The notes under the pieces: model-generated
Databases searched by the model: none
The model's input: only the letters and a program-made list of their open reading frames with translations
Told to the model about the DNA's origin: nothing
Program-made: the position numbers and the translations under genes
Source of the DNA: Verrucomicrobiota bacterium
GTDB lineage: Bacteria > Verrucomicrobiota > Verrucomicrobiia > JAWXBN01 > JAWXCD01
Length of the DNA: 64,000 bases
NCBI GenBank assembly: GCA_034440535.1
Contig: JAWXCD010000125.1
Coordinates: forward strand, 868-64,867
Direction of reading: 5' to 3'
Shown: one piece after another, positions 36,887-47,823 of the stretch
Position numbering within the stretch: the first letter of the stretch is position 1
How the letters are laid out: each line of letters starts with the position of its first letter

Positions 36887-38725
36887 TTAAAGGATTCCTT
36901 TCTTTTTTAAGGCCTCTTCCATCGCATGATCCATCAACACATTGGCAAGCTCTACTGTTCCTTCGTCGAGGGCGGCGTTGGCTTTTTTGAGGTCGGGTAT
37001 GGATTTTTTTTCTAAAGCGGATTCAACGCCGCTCATCAGGGTTTCGATTTGAAGTTTCATCTCAGCGGAAATCTGATGATGCAACTCGGCTAGGGCGTGT
37101 CGGGTGGCTCTGAGCATTTCGCCCGCCTTGATTTTAGCCTCGATCCATTGGCGTTCGGTCATGTCGTCCAGAGCGTTTTCCAACGATTCTTCGATCATTT
37201 TTTGGACTTCGGTATCGTCCACATCCACCGCCGATTTCATTTCAACAATTTTTTGTTTACCTGATTTCACATCGCGAGCGAGGACATGCAGAATACCGTT
37301 GGCATCAATTTCAAATTGCACCCCCACGCGTGCTGCGCCTGCTGGGCCGGGCTCAAATTCCAAGTCAAAGTTGCCAAGAGACCAATTATCTTTAGCAAGT
37401 TCGCGTTCCCCTTGAAGCACATGAATTTTCATAAGCTTCTGGTTAGACACAGCGTTGGTGAATAATTCGCCTGCTTTAACCGGGATAGTCGTGTTCCTTG
37501 GGATGATGGCGTTCATGAGTCCGCCGAAAGTCTCGATCCCTAAAGAAAGTGGGGTGATATCGAGCAGTAGAATATTGCTGACCGCCCCCGACAAAATGCC
37601 AGCCTGAATAGCGGCGCCTACAGCGACGGCTTCGTCAGGGTTGATAGAAACGTTAGGTGATTTCTGGAAAAAATCCGCTACGAAGGTGCGCACCAAGGGC
37701 ATCCGTGTTTGACCGCCCACAAGTATAATCTGAGTCAGATCTTCAAGTTTTATCTTGGCGTCGGAAATGGCTCGGATGCAGTGCTGGCGCGTTTTATCAA
37801 CGATGGGTTTGCCGATTGAATCCAAGGTTTCGCGGGTGAGTTTAAAGGAAAAGCTGAACGTCGATGTCACGAATGGAATAATGATTTCGACACTCTCCTC
37901 GGTAGAAAGTCGAATCTTGGCCTTTTCAGATTCCTCCCTTAAACGGGACATGAGCTCGCCATTTTTCTTCACTGATGGCTCAGTGATCTCCTGGGATTGG
38001 GCATCGGCCACAAGGCGGTTGATGAGGAGATCGATGATGACTTTATCGATATCATCCCCGCCGAGACGGGTGTTGCCGTTGGTCGATAGAACCTGGAAAG
38101 TTCCTTCATTCATTTCCAAGATAGAGATATCAAACGTGCCGCCGCCGAGGTCATAAACGGCAATTTTTGTTTTGTCTTTTAGCTTATCGAGACCATAAGC
38201 GAGGGCGGCTGCGGTAGGTTCGTTCACGATGCGCTCCACTTTAAAACCAGCGAGTTCGCCCGCTTTGATTGTCGCATTTCTTTGGGCATCATTGAAATAG
38301 GCGGGAACTGTTATAACGGCCTGATCCACCTTCTCTCCCAGATAGGACTCAGCATCAGCTTTTAGCTTTTTTAGAATGAATGATGAGACTTCTTCCGGCG
38401 AATAAGCACGCCCATGAATATTTATTTTGACAGGGCCGTTCCCATGGCCTTCGACGGGATAAGTCACAAACAAATCGTCTTGGGTCATTTCAGAACCGCG
38501 TCTGCCCATGAATCTTTTTACCGAATAAACGGTTTCACTTGATTTGAGAACACGCACCCGGTTAGCGGCATGTCCGATGGCCGGTTCGCCGGACTCCGGG
38601 AAGTGCACAACCGACGGTGTAAGTCTGGAGCCCTCATTGTCAGCTATAACAATAGGGATCCCTAAATCCATAACAGCCACAAGGGAGTTGGTTGTACCTA
38701 AATCGATCCCTACAATTTTGCCCAT
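36887..38725 (-). CDS. Hsp70-family chaperone paralog (DnaK2/HscA-like)
   Basis: GIDLGTTNS, TVPAYFNDAQR, NEPTAAA, DLGGGTFD and LLLDITPLSLG motifs; short HscA-like C-terminus. Confidence 0.9.
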   Translation of the reverse strand: MGKIVGIDLGTTNSLVAVMDLGIPIVIADNEGSRLTPSVVHFPESGEPAIGHAANRVRVLKSSETVYSVKRFMGRRGSEMTQDDLFVTYPVEGHGNGPVKINIHGRAYSPEEVSSFILKKLKADAESYLGEKVDQAVITVPAYFNDAQRNATIKAGELAGFKVERIVNEPTAAALAYGLDKLKDKTKIAVYDLGGGTFDISILEMNEGTFQVLSTNGNTRLGGDDIDKVIIDLLINRLVADAQSQEITEPSVKKNGELMSRLREESEKAKIRLSTEESVEIIIPFVTSTFSFSFKLTRETLDSIGKPIVDKTRQHCIRAISDAKIKLEDLTQIILVGGQTRMPLVRTFVADFFQKSPNVSINPDEAVAVGAAIQAGILSGAVSNILLLDITPLSLGIETFGGLMNAIIPRNTTIPVKAGELFTNAVSNQKLMKIHVLQGERELAKDNWSLGNFDLEFEPGPAGAARVGVQFEIDANGILHVLARDVKSGKQKIVEMKSAVDVDDTEVQKMIEESLENALDDMTERQWIEAKIKAGEMLRATRHALAELHHQISAEMKLQIETLMSGVESALEKKSIPDLKKANAALDEGTVELANVLMDHAMEEALKKKGIL

Positions 38726-38959
38726 AGAGGCGGGAAGGTACTCAATACGCAGAAAAGATAAAGGCGAGAATTTGTGGCGCGCTCGTGTGGGGAAGTCTTT
38801 TTGTGATGAGCACTTAAAAGCTGGTGATGGTACATGCGACGGTAAGCGCTGCAGCGATGATTAAAAAAGTGCTTCTCAAAGAAGGCGCGGGGAGTATCCT
38901 CCGAACCTCATTCAGGGATTTTCCTTGGTGGTTTTGCACAGACTGATATTTGGATTTAT

Positions 38960-41900
38960 ATGAATTGGCTGATACGGGCGATAGTAGGAACGAAAAACCA
39001 GCGACAGCTTAAAAAGCTTTGGCCGCGTGTGACCGCAATCAATGACTTTGAGAAACAATACCAATCGTTGAGTGACAGTCAGTTACAGGCGAAAACGGAA
39101 GAGTTTAGAGGGCGAATTGCAAAGGGAGAAACGCTGGACGCTCTTTTGCCTGAGGCCTTTGCTGTTGTAAAAAATGCAGCGCGGCGGTTCACAGACAGCA
39201 ATCGTATGGTCACGGTCCGCGGTTATGAGCGGCGCTGGGAAATGGTTCATTTTGATGTTCAGTTAATTGGCGGGATGGTTCTCCATTCAGGGCGCATTTC
39301 AGAAATGGCGACGGGGGAAGGTAAAACGCTCGTGGCCACGCTCCCTGCCTATCTTAACGCATTGACCGGTAAAGGTGTTCATATCGTCACTGTTAACGAT
39401 TATCTTGCTGCGCGTGACTCTGAGTGGATGGGCAAAATTTATCTTTTCTTAGGTTTAACCGTTGGATGCCTTCAGCATGACCAATCGCCAGAAGTGCGGC
39501 GCCAAGAGTACGGGTGTGATATCACGTACGGAACAAATAGTGAGTTCGGCTTTGATTATTTGCGCGATAACGGCATGGCGACAAGTCACGAAGCTCAGGT
39601 TCAGCGCGGTCACGTTTACGCGATTGTCGATGAAGTAGACAGCATTCTTATCGATGAGGCCAGAACGCCTCTCATCATTTCGGGTCCTGCAACGGTCTCC
39701 AAAGAGCACGAATACGGAAAATATAAAACATCGGTTGATCGTTTAGTTCGTGAGCAATTTCGTCTTTGCAATCGATTGATAAGCGATGCGGAAGAGGCCC
39801 TTAAGCAGAATCAAAAGGAACCTGCGGGCAAGTTGCTTTTTAAAGTGAAGGAAGGCGACCCTAAAAATCGGCGGTTCGCTAAAATGATGGAAGAGCCTTC
39901 ATTGCGAAAGCTCGTTGAAAAGGCAGAACTGAGTTTGTACCAGGACACGCGTAAAGAAGAGTTGTATGCGCTTAAGGAAGATCTCTATTTCTCCATCGAT
40001 GAAAAGGGACACGAGGTTAATTTATCCGAAAAAGGTCGGCGCTTTTTAAATCCGACTGACGAGAACGCGTTCACGCTCCCGGACATGATTAAGGAATACG
40101 CGGACCTTGATAACTCTACCCTAGGGGTTGATGAAAAAAATAAACTTAGGACGACGATCCAGAAGAATTACGATGATGTAAACGAGCGGATTCATGCAGT
40201 GACTCAATTACTGAAGGCTTATTGCATCTATGAAAAAGATGTGCAGTACGTAGTTCAGGAAAACAAGGTGATGATCGTGGACGAGTACACTGGTCGTATC
40301 ATGCCGGGTCGTCGCTGGAGCGATGGGTTGCATCAAGCGATCGAAGCGAAAGAAGAAGTTAGCGTTGAAAGCGAAACTCAAACGTACGCAACGATCACGA
40401 TTCAGAATTACTTTCGTCTGTATTCAAAGTTGGCCGGGATGACAGGAACGGCTGAAACAGATGCCGCTGAATTAAAAGAAATTTACAAAATGGATGTGGT
40501 GGTTATCCCAACGAACCGACCCATCTTGCGGAATGATCATAACGACGTCATTTATAAAACGAAACGCGATAAATATAATGCCATTATCACTGAGATCCGG
40601 TCGTGCCATGAGAAGGGTCAACCGATCTTAGTGGGGACTGTGTCAGTGGATGTGTCGGAACTACTTTCGCGCATGTTGAAACGCGAAAAAATTGCGCATA
40701 CTGTTCTAAACGCTAAGTTTCATCAGCAGGAAGCCGAAATTGTGGACCGCGCGGGTAGCCCTGGATGTGTCACCATCGCTACTAACATGGCGGGTCGCGG
40801 GACAGATATTAAACTCGGGAACGGTGTCGCGGCGGCGGGCGGGTTACATGTCATTGGAACAGAACGCCATGAATCCCGTCGAATTGATCGCCAGCTGCGC
40901 GGGCGTTGCGCTCGACAAGGAGACCCAGGGTCATCACGCTTTTATGTGGCATTTGAAGACGATTTGATGCGCCTTTTCGCGGCGAACGAAACGTTGACGC
41001 GGTTGATGGAAAGACTTGGGTTTAAAGACGGCGAAGATTTGCAAGCGCCCATGCTCAATCGAGCTGTCGAAAAGGCGCAAAAGAGAGTGGAAGCCTTAAA
41101 CTTTCAGCGGCGTAAACACACCCTTGAGTATGACGACGTAATGAACAAACAACGCGAGATTGTGTACGGATACCGCAATCAAGTTTTGCGTTCGGAAAAT
41201 CCGCGGGAATTTATTTTCGAGGCCATTGATGAAGTTGTGGTGGAAAAGGTACATGGATTTTATCCTGAAAAAGGCGTTATTGATGAGGAAGACATCAACG
41301 ATTTGATCAACTGGGTGAACACGACTTTTCCGTTGGGATTAACAAGAGAAAAGGTTCAGTTTGAAAAAATGAGCGAATTGGAAACGTCTCAGCACCTAAT
41401 AAAATTGGTCACGGAGACGTACGAGGTTAAGGAAAGACATGAAGATCCCGCCGGTCTCAAGTATTTGGAGAGGTACACTATTCTAAGTGCCATTGATCGT
41501 TTATGGCAGGGCCACCTTTATGAGATGGACGGGCTGAGAACCGGTATTGATCTGCGCCGGTATGCCCAGAAGGATCCTCTTATTGAATACAAAAACGAGG
41601 CTTTCCAAGTATTCAGCGATATGTGGGGGAACGTTAAAGTTGAAATTGTGGGAAATATTTTCCGCTCCGCTTCCAGTCTCATGGCATTTGAGAAGTTTCT
41701 TACAATGCTCCCACAAAAGTTGGTGCATCAACAACTTGAGGCATTTTCGCCCACGATTGGGCAGGATGAACAATCCGAACCTGCTCCAGCCCAACCCTCA
41801 AACCCGGAGGATGCCGTTTCGGATATCCTGAAGGCTATGCCCGTGCGCCGCGAGGGACGAAAAATTCAAAGAAACGATTCCTGTCCTCACGGAAAATGTA

Positions 41901-41974
41901 ACGCGGAAGGTAAAGTCCTTAAGTTTAAGAACTGCTGCGGCCGTGAAGGTGTTGACTATTGCAAGCTGGGTTAA
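38960..41974 (+). CDS. secA: Preprotein translocase ATPase SecA
   Basis: MATGEGKT, IVDEVDSILIDEARTPLIISG, ATNMAGRGTDI and RIDRQLRGR motifs; SEC-C-like C-terminus. Confidence 0.98.
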   Translation: MNWLIRAIVGTKNQRQLKKLWPRVTAINDFEKQYQSLSDSQLQAKTEEFRGRIAKGETLDALLPEAFAVVKNAARRFTDSNRMVTVRGYERRWEMVHFDVQLIGGMVLHSGRISEMATGEGKTLVATLPAYLNALTGKGVHIVTVNDYLAARDSEWMGKIYLFLGLTVGCLQHDQSPEVRRQEYGCDITYGTNSEFGFDYLRDNGMATSHEAQVQRGHVYAIVDEVDSILIDEARTPLIISGPATVSKEHEYGKYKTSVDRLVREQFRLCNRLISDAEEALKQNQKEPAGKLLFKVKEGDPKNRRFAKMMEEPSLRKLVEKAELSLYQDTRKEELYALKEDLYFSIDEKGHEVNLSEKGRRFLNPTDENAFTLPDMIKEYADLDNSTLGVDEKNKLRTTIQKNYDDVNERIHAVTQLLKAYCIYEKDVQYVVQENKVMIVDEYTGRIMPGRRWSDGLHQAIEAKEEVSVESETQTYATITIQNYFRLYSKLAGMTGTAETDAAELKEIYKMDVVVIPTNRPILRNDHNDVIYKTKRDKYNAIITEIRSCHEKGQPILVGTVSVDVSELLSRMLKREKIAHTVLNAKFHQQEAEIVDRAGSPGCVTIATNMAGRGTDIKLGNGVAAAGGLHVIGTERHESRRIDRQLRGRCARQGDPGSSRFYVAFEDDLMRLFAANETLTRLMERLGFKDGEDLQAPMLNRAVEKAQKRVEALNFQRRKHTLEYDDVMNKQREIVYGYRNQVLRSENPREFIFEAIDEVVVEKVHGFYPEKGVIDEEDINDLINWVNTTFPLGLTREKVQFEKMSELETSQHLIKLVTETYEVKERHEDPAGLKYLERYTILSAIDRLWQGHLYEMDGLRTGIDLRRYAQKDPLIEYKNEAFQVFSDMWGNVKVEIVGNIFRSASSLMAFEKFLTMLPQKLVHQQLEAFSPTIGQDEQSEPAPAQPSNPEDAVSDILKAMPVRREGRKIQRNDSCPHGKCNAEGKVLKFKNCCGREGVDYCKLG

Positions 41975-42067
41975 CACGCCTTCGTAACCCATCTTGAAGG
42001 TAATTAATGCCTGTAATTAAATAATATTGTGTAAAAAATAGGTTTTGATACCTTCTACCGCCTGATT

Positions 42068-42988
42068 ATGAAAAACATCTTTTTTGCCTTTGCTCTTTGT
42101 GTGACAGCCGGGTTGACCTTTCACGTCGCTGCCGGTGATAATCAATTGATTCCGATCCAGACCGAGGAATCTGTTGCCGAAACGAGAAAAGCATTGGCAG
42201 CTCAGGTTGATTATTCATACGTAGCTCCTGCTAACTTGTCCGTCGGGTCCAATCGGTTAGGTGATATTGACGAACACTTCACTTCAATTAACACGTCTGC
42301 CATTATCCCTATTTCGGATAAACTGTATTTTCGATTTGGACCGGAGTGGAGCCGTTTTTCTTTTGGAATGCCTTCGGCAGCGCCCATGCCCAACACGTTA
42401 CAAGAAGTCGCCATGTTGATCGGGGCCGATTACGTTATCAACGATGCGTGGCAGCTTCGGATGGAAATGCATCCCGGCTTGTATAGTGACTTCCAAGATA
42501 TTTCCTTCGACGACGTAAATATACCTGCAACTTTTGGGGCGTCCTACTCCATGAATGAAAGTTTAAAATTCCTAGTTGGAATTTCCGTAAACCCACGGCG
42601 GGAGTATCCTGTTCTTCCAGGCGCGGGAGTGTGGTGGAAGATCAACGATAAATGGACTTTAAACGCTGTTATGCCCAAACCTCGGATTGAGTATCATGTA
42701 AACGACACGGTGACTCTTCATGCCGGTGGGGAAGTCAAAGGCGGAACCTATATGGTGGCTGATGACTTTGGTCGCACACATGGAATCGCTAATCTGGATT
42801 CTGAACCCATCGATTATTGGGAAGTGCGCACGGGTGCAGGTTTGACTTGGAACGTCCGTGAACATGTTTCCGTAGGTCTTGAAGGTGGATACATGATCGA
42901 TCGTAATATTGAATATAATAACGCCAACACCCGCTTGGATACCGAAGGCGCTCCTTACGGTGCTATTTCGGTAAAAGCGAAGTTCTAA
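42068..42988 (+). CDS. Outer-membrane beta-barrel protein (DUF6268-like)
   Basis: Signal peptide, amphipathic strands, PVLPGAGVWW..N..W motif, terminal Phe. Confidence 0.72.
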   Translation: MKNIFFAFALCVTAGLTFHVAAGDNQLIPIQTEESVAETRKALAAQVDYSYVAPANLSVGSNRLGDIDEHFTSINTSAIIPISDKLYFRFGPEWSRFSFGMPSAAPMPNTLQEVAMLIGADYVINDAWQLRMEMHPGLYSDFQDISFDDVNIPATFGASYSMNESLKFLVGISVNPRREYPVLPGAGVWWKINDKWTLNAVMPKPRIEYHVNDTVTLHAGGEVKGGTYMVADDFGRTHGIANLDSEPIDYWEVRTGAGLTWNVREHVSVGLEGGYMIDRNIEYNNANTRLDTEGAPYGAISVKAKF

Positions 42989-43151
42989 GAGTAGCTCACC
43001 CCCATAAGTGGGGTTGTCAAAATCAAAGCATGAGTCGCTGGCACTACTGGCCCTTTGTCAGAGTTTTATAAATCCTGCAAACGCAACGTAACAAAGCTCC
43101 TAAAAATCTGTGTTAATCGGCGTAATCTGTGGTTATTCTATCGCGATTCTT

Positions 43152-43955
43152 ATGCCTGCCATTTATGCCGTCGCTAACCAGAAGGGTGGGGTGGGTAAAA
43201 CCACAACCGCTGTCAGTCTTGCTGCTTCTCTTGCTGAGAAGGGGCACCCGACATTGTTGATTGATCTTGATCCCCAAGCGAACGCGACAAGCGGAGTTGG
43301 CGTAGAAAAACAGGAGGGCGGGAGTATTTATCATTCTTTACTTGGTCAGGACTCCATTCTGAATAAAATTGTTAAAACCGCCTTCGAAGATTTATACATC
43401 GTGCCTTCTGAAATGGCATTATGCGGAGTCGAAATTGAATTGGCGCAATCCGAAAATTTTGCAGTCCGTTTAAAGGAAGCACTCGTTCCTTTACGTGAAC
43501 AGAACGAATTCAAGTTTGTATTTATAGATAGCCCTCCCTCATTGGGTGTTCTCACGACGAACGTTTTTGTGGGGGTGGACAAGCTGATCATTCCTATGCA
43601 GTGCGAATATTATTCATTGGAGGGGCTCACTCTGCTTTCCACGGTGCTTCAACAAATCAAGGAGACTGGATTAAATCCTGAGCTGGAAATCGAAGGAATC
43701 CTTATGACGATGTTCGATAGCCGGACCAACCACGCGTTGCAGGTGCTCAATGACGTGCGAAATCACTTTGGCGAAAAAGTCTATCATACCGTGATTCCCC
43801 GTTCTGTGAGGTTGAGCGAAGCACCTAGTTTTGGGAAACCCATCATTCATTATGATAGGAGCAGTTCTCCTGCGGTGGCGTATAGAGCTTTTGCTGATGA
43901 ATTTCTACATCGGCAAGAGGGTACGATGAAGTTTATGCATTCGAGAGAAAATTAA
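43152..43955 (+). CDS. parA: ParA/Soj-family ATPase
   Basis: ANQKGGVGKTTT, DLDPQANAT, DSPPSLG and IPRSVRLSEAPSFG motifs. Start reassigned to 43152. Confidence 0.9.
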   Translation: MPAIYAVANQKGGVGKTTTAVSLAASLAEKGHPTLLIDLDPQANATSGVGVEKQEGGSIYHSLLGQDSILNKIVKTAFEDLYIVPSEMALCGVEIELAQSENFAVRLKEALVPLREQNEFKFVFIDSPPSLGVLTTNVFVGVDKLIIPMQCEYYSLEGLTLLSTVLQQIKETGLNPELEIEGILMTMFDSRTNHALQVLNDVRNHFGEKVYHTVIPRSVRLSEAPSFGKPIIHYDRSSSPAVAYRAFADEFLHRQEGTMKFMHSREN

Positions 43956-43968
43956 GACTTCTTTTTGC

Positions 43969-45279
43969 ATGAGACTCAAACACGAACTTTCGAAAAAACT
44001 TTTTGCGGAATCACTGAAATACGTCCCTGGTGGAGTTCACTCGCCTGTCCGCGCATTTAAAGCTGTGGGTGGTGAACCTTTTTTTGCGAGGAAAGCGGCA
44101 GGTCCACGAGTGTGGGATGTGGACGATAATGAATACATTGATTACGTGTGCAGCTGGGGCGCTTCCATTCTAGGGCACACTCACCCCGCGATTCTTAATG
44201 CGCTCAAGCAAGTAATGAAAGAGGGCATTAGTTTTGGAATATCGAATCCGCACGAGATTCGTTTGGCGAAATTGATTTGCGCGAATGTACCATCCGTGGA
44301 GAAGGTGCGGTTTTGTAATAGTGGAACTGAGGCCACCATGTCCGCGATTCGGCTGGCTCGTGGGTTTACGGGACGTGATAAAATTGTTAAATTTGAAGGA
44401 TGTTACCATGGGCACGTGGATTCCTTGTTGGTTAAGGCGGGCTCAGGAGCGCTCACCTTTGGACAGCCAGACAGTGCCGGTGTTCCTGCGGCTTTGGCGG
44501 CGCTAACACTTACTTTGCCGTTTAATCGGCCCGAACTCATAAAAGATTTGATGCGACAACAAGGGAAAGAAGTGGCTGCCATTATTCTTGAACCTGTTCC
44601 AGCAAATGCGGGGTTGTACTTGCCCGAGCCTGGGTTTCTGGAGCTGTTACGACAACTGAGTAATGAATACGGGTGCGTGCTCATTTTTGATGAGGTCATG
44701 ACGGGTTTTCGGCTGGCGCGTGGAGGAGCACAGGAAGTTTATGGTGTGCGTCCAGATTTATCCTGCTTTGGAAAAGTGATCGGAGGCGGATTGCCCGTTG
44801 GAGCTTTTGGAGGCCGGGCTGATATCATGGATTACCTAGCGCCACTAGGGCCGGTGTACCAAGCCGGCACACTTTCCGGTAATCCTTTGGCTATGGTCGC
44901 AGGTTTGACGAACCTAGAACATATCTTTGGTCCTGAGAATGCGCCGGACAAAAGTCGGAACTACAGAATATTGGAAGAAATGACATCCGACTTAGCTTTG
45001 GGTTTGGCGGAAATTGCCAAGAAAAATAAGATTCCCTTCTGCGGCAAACAGATAGGCTCATTATTTTGTGGGTATTTTACTTCTGTGGATGTGAAAAATC
45101 TGGACGATGCACGAACAAGCGATACCGCAACATTCGCAAAGTTTTTTCATGGAATGCTGGATCGTGGTGTCTATTTTGCACCGTCCCAATTTGAGGCGGG
45201 TTTTGTCTCATTTGCTCATACAGATGCTGAAATTGGGCAAACGCTCAGAATAGCTGAAGATGTGATGGCGAAAATTTAA
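43969..45279 (+). CDS. hemL: Glutamate-1-semialdehyde 2,1-aminomutase
   Basis: PGGVHSPVRAF, NSGTEATM, FDEVMTGFR, GKVIGGGLP and YQAGTLSGNP motifs. Confidence 0.97.
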   Translation: MRLKHELSKKLFAESLKYVPGGVHSPVRAFKAVGGEPFFARKAAGPRVWDVDDNEYIDYVCSWGASILGHTHPAILNALKQVMKEGISFGISNPHEIRLAKLICANVPSVEKVRFCNSGTEATMSAIRLARGFTGRDKIVKFEGCYHGHVDSLLVKAGSGALTFGQPDSAGVPAALAALTLTLPFNRPELIKDLMRQQGKEVAAIILEPVPANAGLYLPEPGFLELLRQLSNEYGCVLIFDEVMTGFRLARGGAQEVYGVRPDLSCFGKVIGGGLPVGAFGGRADIMDYLAPLGPVYQAGTLSGNPLAMVAGLTNLEHIFGPENAPDKSRNYRILEEMTSDLALGLAEIAKKNKIPFCGKQIGSLFCGYFTSVDVKNLDDARTSDTATFAKFFHGMLDRGVYFAPSQFEAGFVSFAHTDAEIGQTLRIAEDVMAKI

Positions 45280-45406
45280 TCGCTTTACAGGAATGGCTCA
45301 CCAAGGGTCGCAATACATAGCGATTGTAAAGGGAAATGATAAGGTTTTAAACTCCGGTTTTTCTATTGCGTGAGTGGGTTGGATCAGTAGTCTTATAAAA
45401 GACAAT

Positions 45407-46603
45407 ATGACTGAAATGAAGGCTGCAGCCGCGTTGATCCAAGGGAAGTTCGACGAAAAATTACTCGCGGAACAATCTATCGCGCTCCGCCATAAGATTA
45501 AAGACGCCCCTGTCACTTTAGGTCTTATTTTCATGAGTCCAGAATACTTCGAGGTGGCGGAGGAAGTTTTGGAAATCTTCCGATTAAACGCACATGTTCC
45601 CCTAGTCGCCGGATGCTCAGGCCAAGGGCTTGTAGGGACAGGACTTGAAACGGAAGGCGCTCCGGGTATCAGTCTCCTTCTCTTGTCTTTGCCAGATACA
45701 AAAGTCACGGCTTTTAGGTTCACCCAAAATGATATTGATGGCATAAATGCCCCCGAAGACTGGACGGGAGCGACTCGTATTGGAAAGTCAGCAACCCAAT
45801 CGTGGCTCGCTTTTGCGGACCCCTTTACGGTCGATGCAACCCGCTGGCTTCAACAGTGGAACGACGCTTATCCACACATCCCCGTTTTGGGCGGATTAGC
45901 CAGCGGAAATTTTGATCAGCAACAAACACAAATTTACCTTGATGGTCACGTGTACACGGATGGAGGGCTGGCCCTTTCATTTGAAGGTGGAATTGAGGTG
46001 CACTCGGTTGTTTCTCAAGGTTGCCGACCCATTGGCGATCCGTGGGTTGTGACCAAAGCCGATAAAAATATCATTTTTCAACTGGGCTCAAGACCTGCCT
46101 ACGAAGTGCTTGCAGAAACTATTAACCTCCTTCCTGAACCCATAAAAAACCGGTTGGGCGGAAATTTATTTGTGGGTCTTGTGACCAACGAATACCAAGA
46201 AAAATTTCAACGAGGTGATTTCCTTGTCCGCCATCTGCTGGGTGCCGATCAAGATTCAGGCGCCCTTGCGATTGGCGCCCTTATCCATTCAGGTCAGACG
46301 ATTCAATTTCAGTTGAGGGATTCCGATGCGGCTGATGAAGATATTCAACATCTTTTAAAAAAGAAAAAAGCTGACTTAAAACAAAAAGCCATTGTGGGCG
46401 GGGTCCTGTGTTGTTGTAACGGTCGTGGAAAAAGTTTGTTCGGCTCTGAGAGCCATGACGCGGGTGCTATTGAAGCAGTACTCGGCGATTTTCCTTTGGG
46501 CGGATTTTTTTGTAATGGTGAAATCGGTCCCATCGGCAACACCAACTACATTCATGGATATACCGCATCCCTTACTTTATTTGTTAAAAATCAGCTTTCC
46601 TAA
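45407..46603 (+). CDS. FIST N/C domain protein
   Basis: VAGCS, LGGLAS, VSQGCRPIG, CCNGRG, GFFCNGEIGP and HGYT motifs. Confidence 0.9.
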   Translation: MTEMKAAAALIQGKFDEKLLAEQSIALRHKIKDAPVTLGLIFMSPEYFEVAEEVLEIFRLNAHVPLVAGCSGQGLVGTGLETEGAPGISLLLLSLPDTKVTAFRFTQNDIDGINAPEDWTGATRIGKSATQSWLAFADPFTVDATRWLQQWNDAYPHIPVLGGLASGNFDQQQTQIYLDGHVYTDGGLALSFEGGIEVHSVVSQGCRPIGDPWVVTKADKNIIFQLGSRPAYEVLAETINLLPEPIKNRLGGNLFVGLVTNEYQEKFQRGDFLVRHLLGADQDSGALAIGALIHSGQTIQFQLRDSDAADEDIQHLLKKKKADLKQKAIVGGVLCCCNGRGKSLFGSESHDAGAIEAVLGDFPLGGFFCNGEIGPIGNTNYIHGYTASLTLFVKNQLS

Positions 46604-46788
46604 GTCGAGTGACTTTCTGTTTCCTTGCTTAATCGATATTTCAGTGGCCCCGTACGCTCTGCAAAAATAAGGCCCTTACATTGTGGGCACAACATTTCCC
46701 GTGTTTCGCTCTCATCGAAATAACTCAAAAGATCAGGGATCCTGTAATGACAATGTGGGCATGTCTCATCCGTGGTTTGTTTTTCCAT
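46600..46788 (-). CDS. Small putative zinc-ribbon protein
   Basis: CPHC...CPQC pair in 62 aa. Confidence 0.5.
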   Translation of the reverse strand: MEKQTTDETCPHCHYRIPDLLSYFDESETREMLCPQCKGLIFAERTGPLKYRLSKETESHST

Positions 46789-46931
46789 GCGGGTTAAAGA
46801 GCGGAAAATGTACCAGAACAGGGCGAGTCCAGTTTAATAATGACTGAAAGTAAATTGTCGTTGTTCTATACAAGCAGCAAAGCGGGCCATAGGATGAGCC
46901 TAAGGCAATTGCTGCACTTCAATTGCGTAAT

Positions 46932-47741
46932 ATGGAACAGTTAACAAATCACCTCAGTCTCGTGGCCATGAGATCCACGCCCCTCGCGGCCGAGCGTGGT
47001 ATCGCAGTTTTGGTTCCTCCTTCGTATAGTCACCATGTGAACCGCCGTTACGGTGTTCTTTATATACACGATGGTAAACACGCCTTTGATCTCGATCCGC
47101 GGTTCCCTAACGATATTCCAAAAATTGGGGTAGATACTTGTCTAGACTCTCTTTTTCGGAATAAGGAATCCGAGGAGTTCATCGTTGTTGCCATAGATAG
47201 CATGGATGGACGCCATCAGGAATATTCCCCTGCGGTTTATGGCCAGAAGTATGCACGTTTTATCATCGATCAGTTGAAACCTTTTATAGATTCGGAATTT
47301 AGAACAAAGCCTACACCCGAACACACAGCATCGTTGGGGTGCTCACTGGGTGGACTCATTTCCGTTTATTTGGCCACAATGCCAAATGCCGTTTTTGGGC
47401 TGGCGGCTGGTTTATCAACCTGCTTCTGGGATGTGCACCCAGATGACTCCGACGGCCTCGAAAGTTATTATCAGTTCTTAAAATCTACCCAATGCAACTC
47501 GCGTATTTATCTTGATTACGGAACGAACGAATTCGACGAAGGAAACTTAGAAGAGGCAAAGCAGGCAAAAAAAGCCATCAAGCTTTCCCAAAAAGTGGCC
47601 ACTCATTTGGCGTCCTGTTCAAGTTTGCGCCGCAATCAAATCATTTTCGAAATCGTGCCCGGTGGAAAACACCACGAATCTTCATGGCGAGAACGTCTTC
47701 ATGTGCCCCTTAAATTTTTGTTTCCTAAGACGAATCCTTAA
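46932..47741 (+). CDS. Alpha/beta-hydrolase esterase (IroE/Fes-like)
   Basis: LVPPSY, VLYIHDG, LKPFID, nucleophile GCSLGG and catalytic HHE.SW motifs. Confidence 0.85.
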   Translation: MEQLTNHLSLVAMRSTPLAAERGIAVLVPPSYSHHVNRRYGVLYIHDGKHAFDLDPRFPNDIPKIGVDTCLDSLFRNKESEEFIVVAIDSMDGRHQEYSPAVYGQKYARFIIDQLKPFIDSEFRTKPTPEHTASLGCSLGGLISVYLATMPNAVFGLAAGLSTCFWDVHPDDSDGLESYYQFLKSTQCNSRIYLDYGTNEFDEGNLEEAKQAKKAIKLSQKVATHLASCSSLRRNQIIFEIVPGGKHHESSWRERLHVPLKFLFPKTNP

Positions 47742-47823
47742 CCGCCTGCAATCACAGGTTCATAGACCGGTGCGGTCAGATAAAATGAATGGTTTTCAGG
47801 ACTGGTTGTGATATTTTATATTT

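Noticed and set aside
43110-43955. Plasmid or prophage partition cassette
   Set aside because: No parB or parS seen; Soj-like and coupled to the housekeeping gene hemL. The 43110-43151 extension is a repeat unit.
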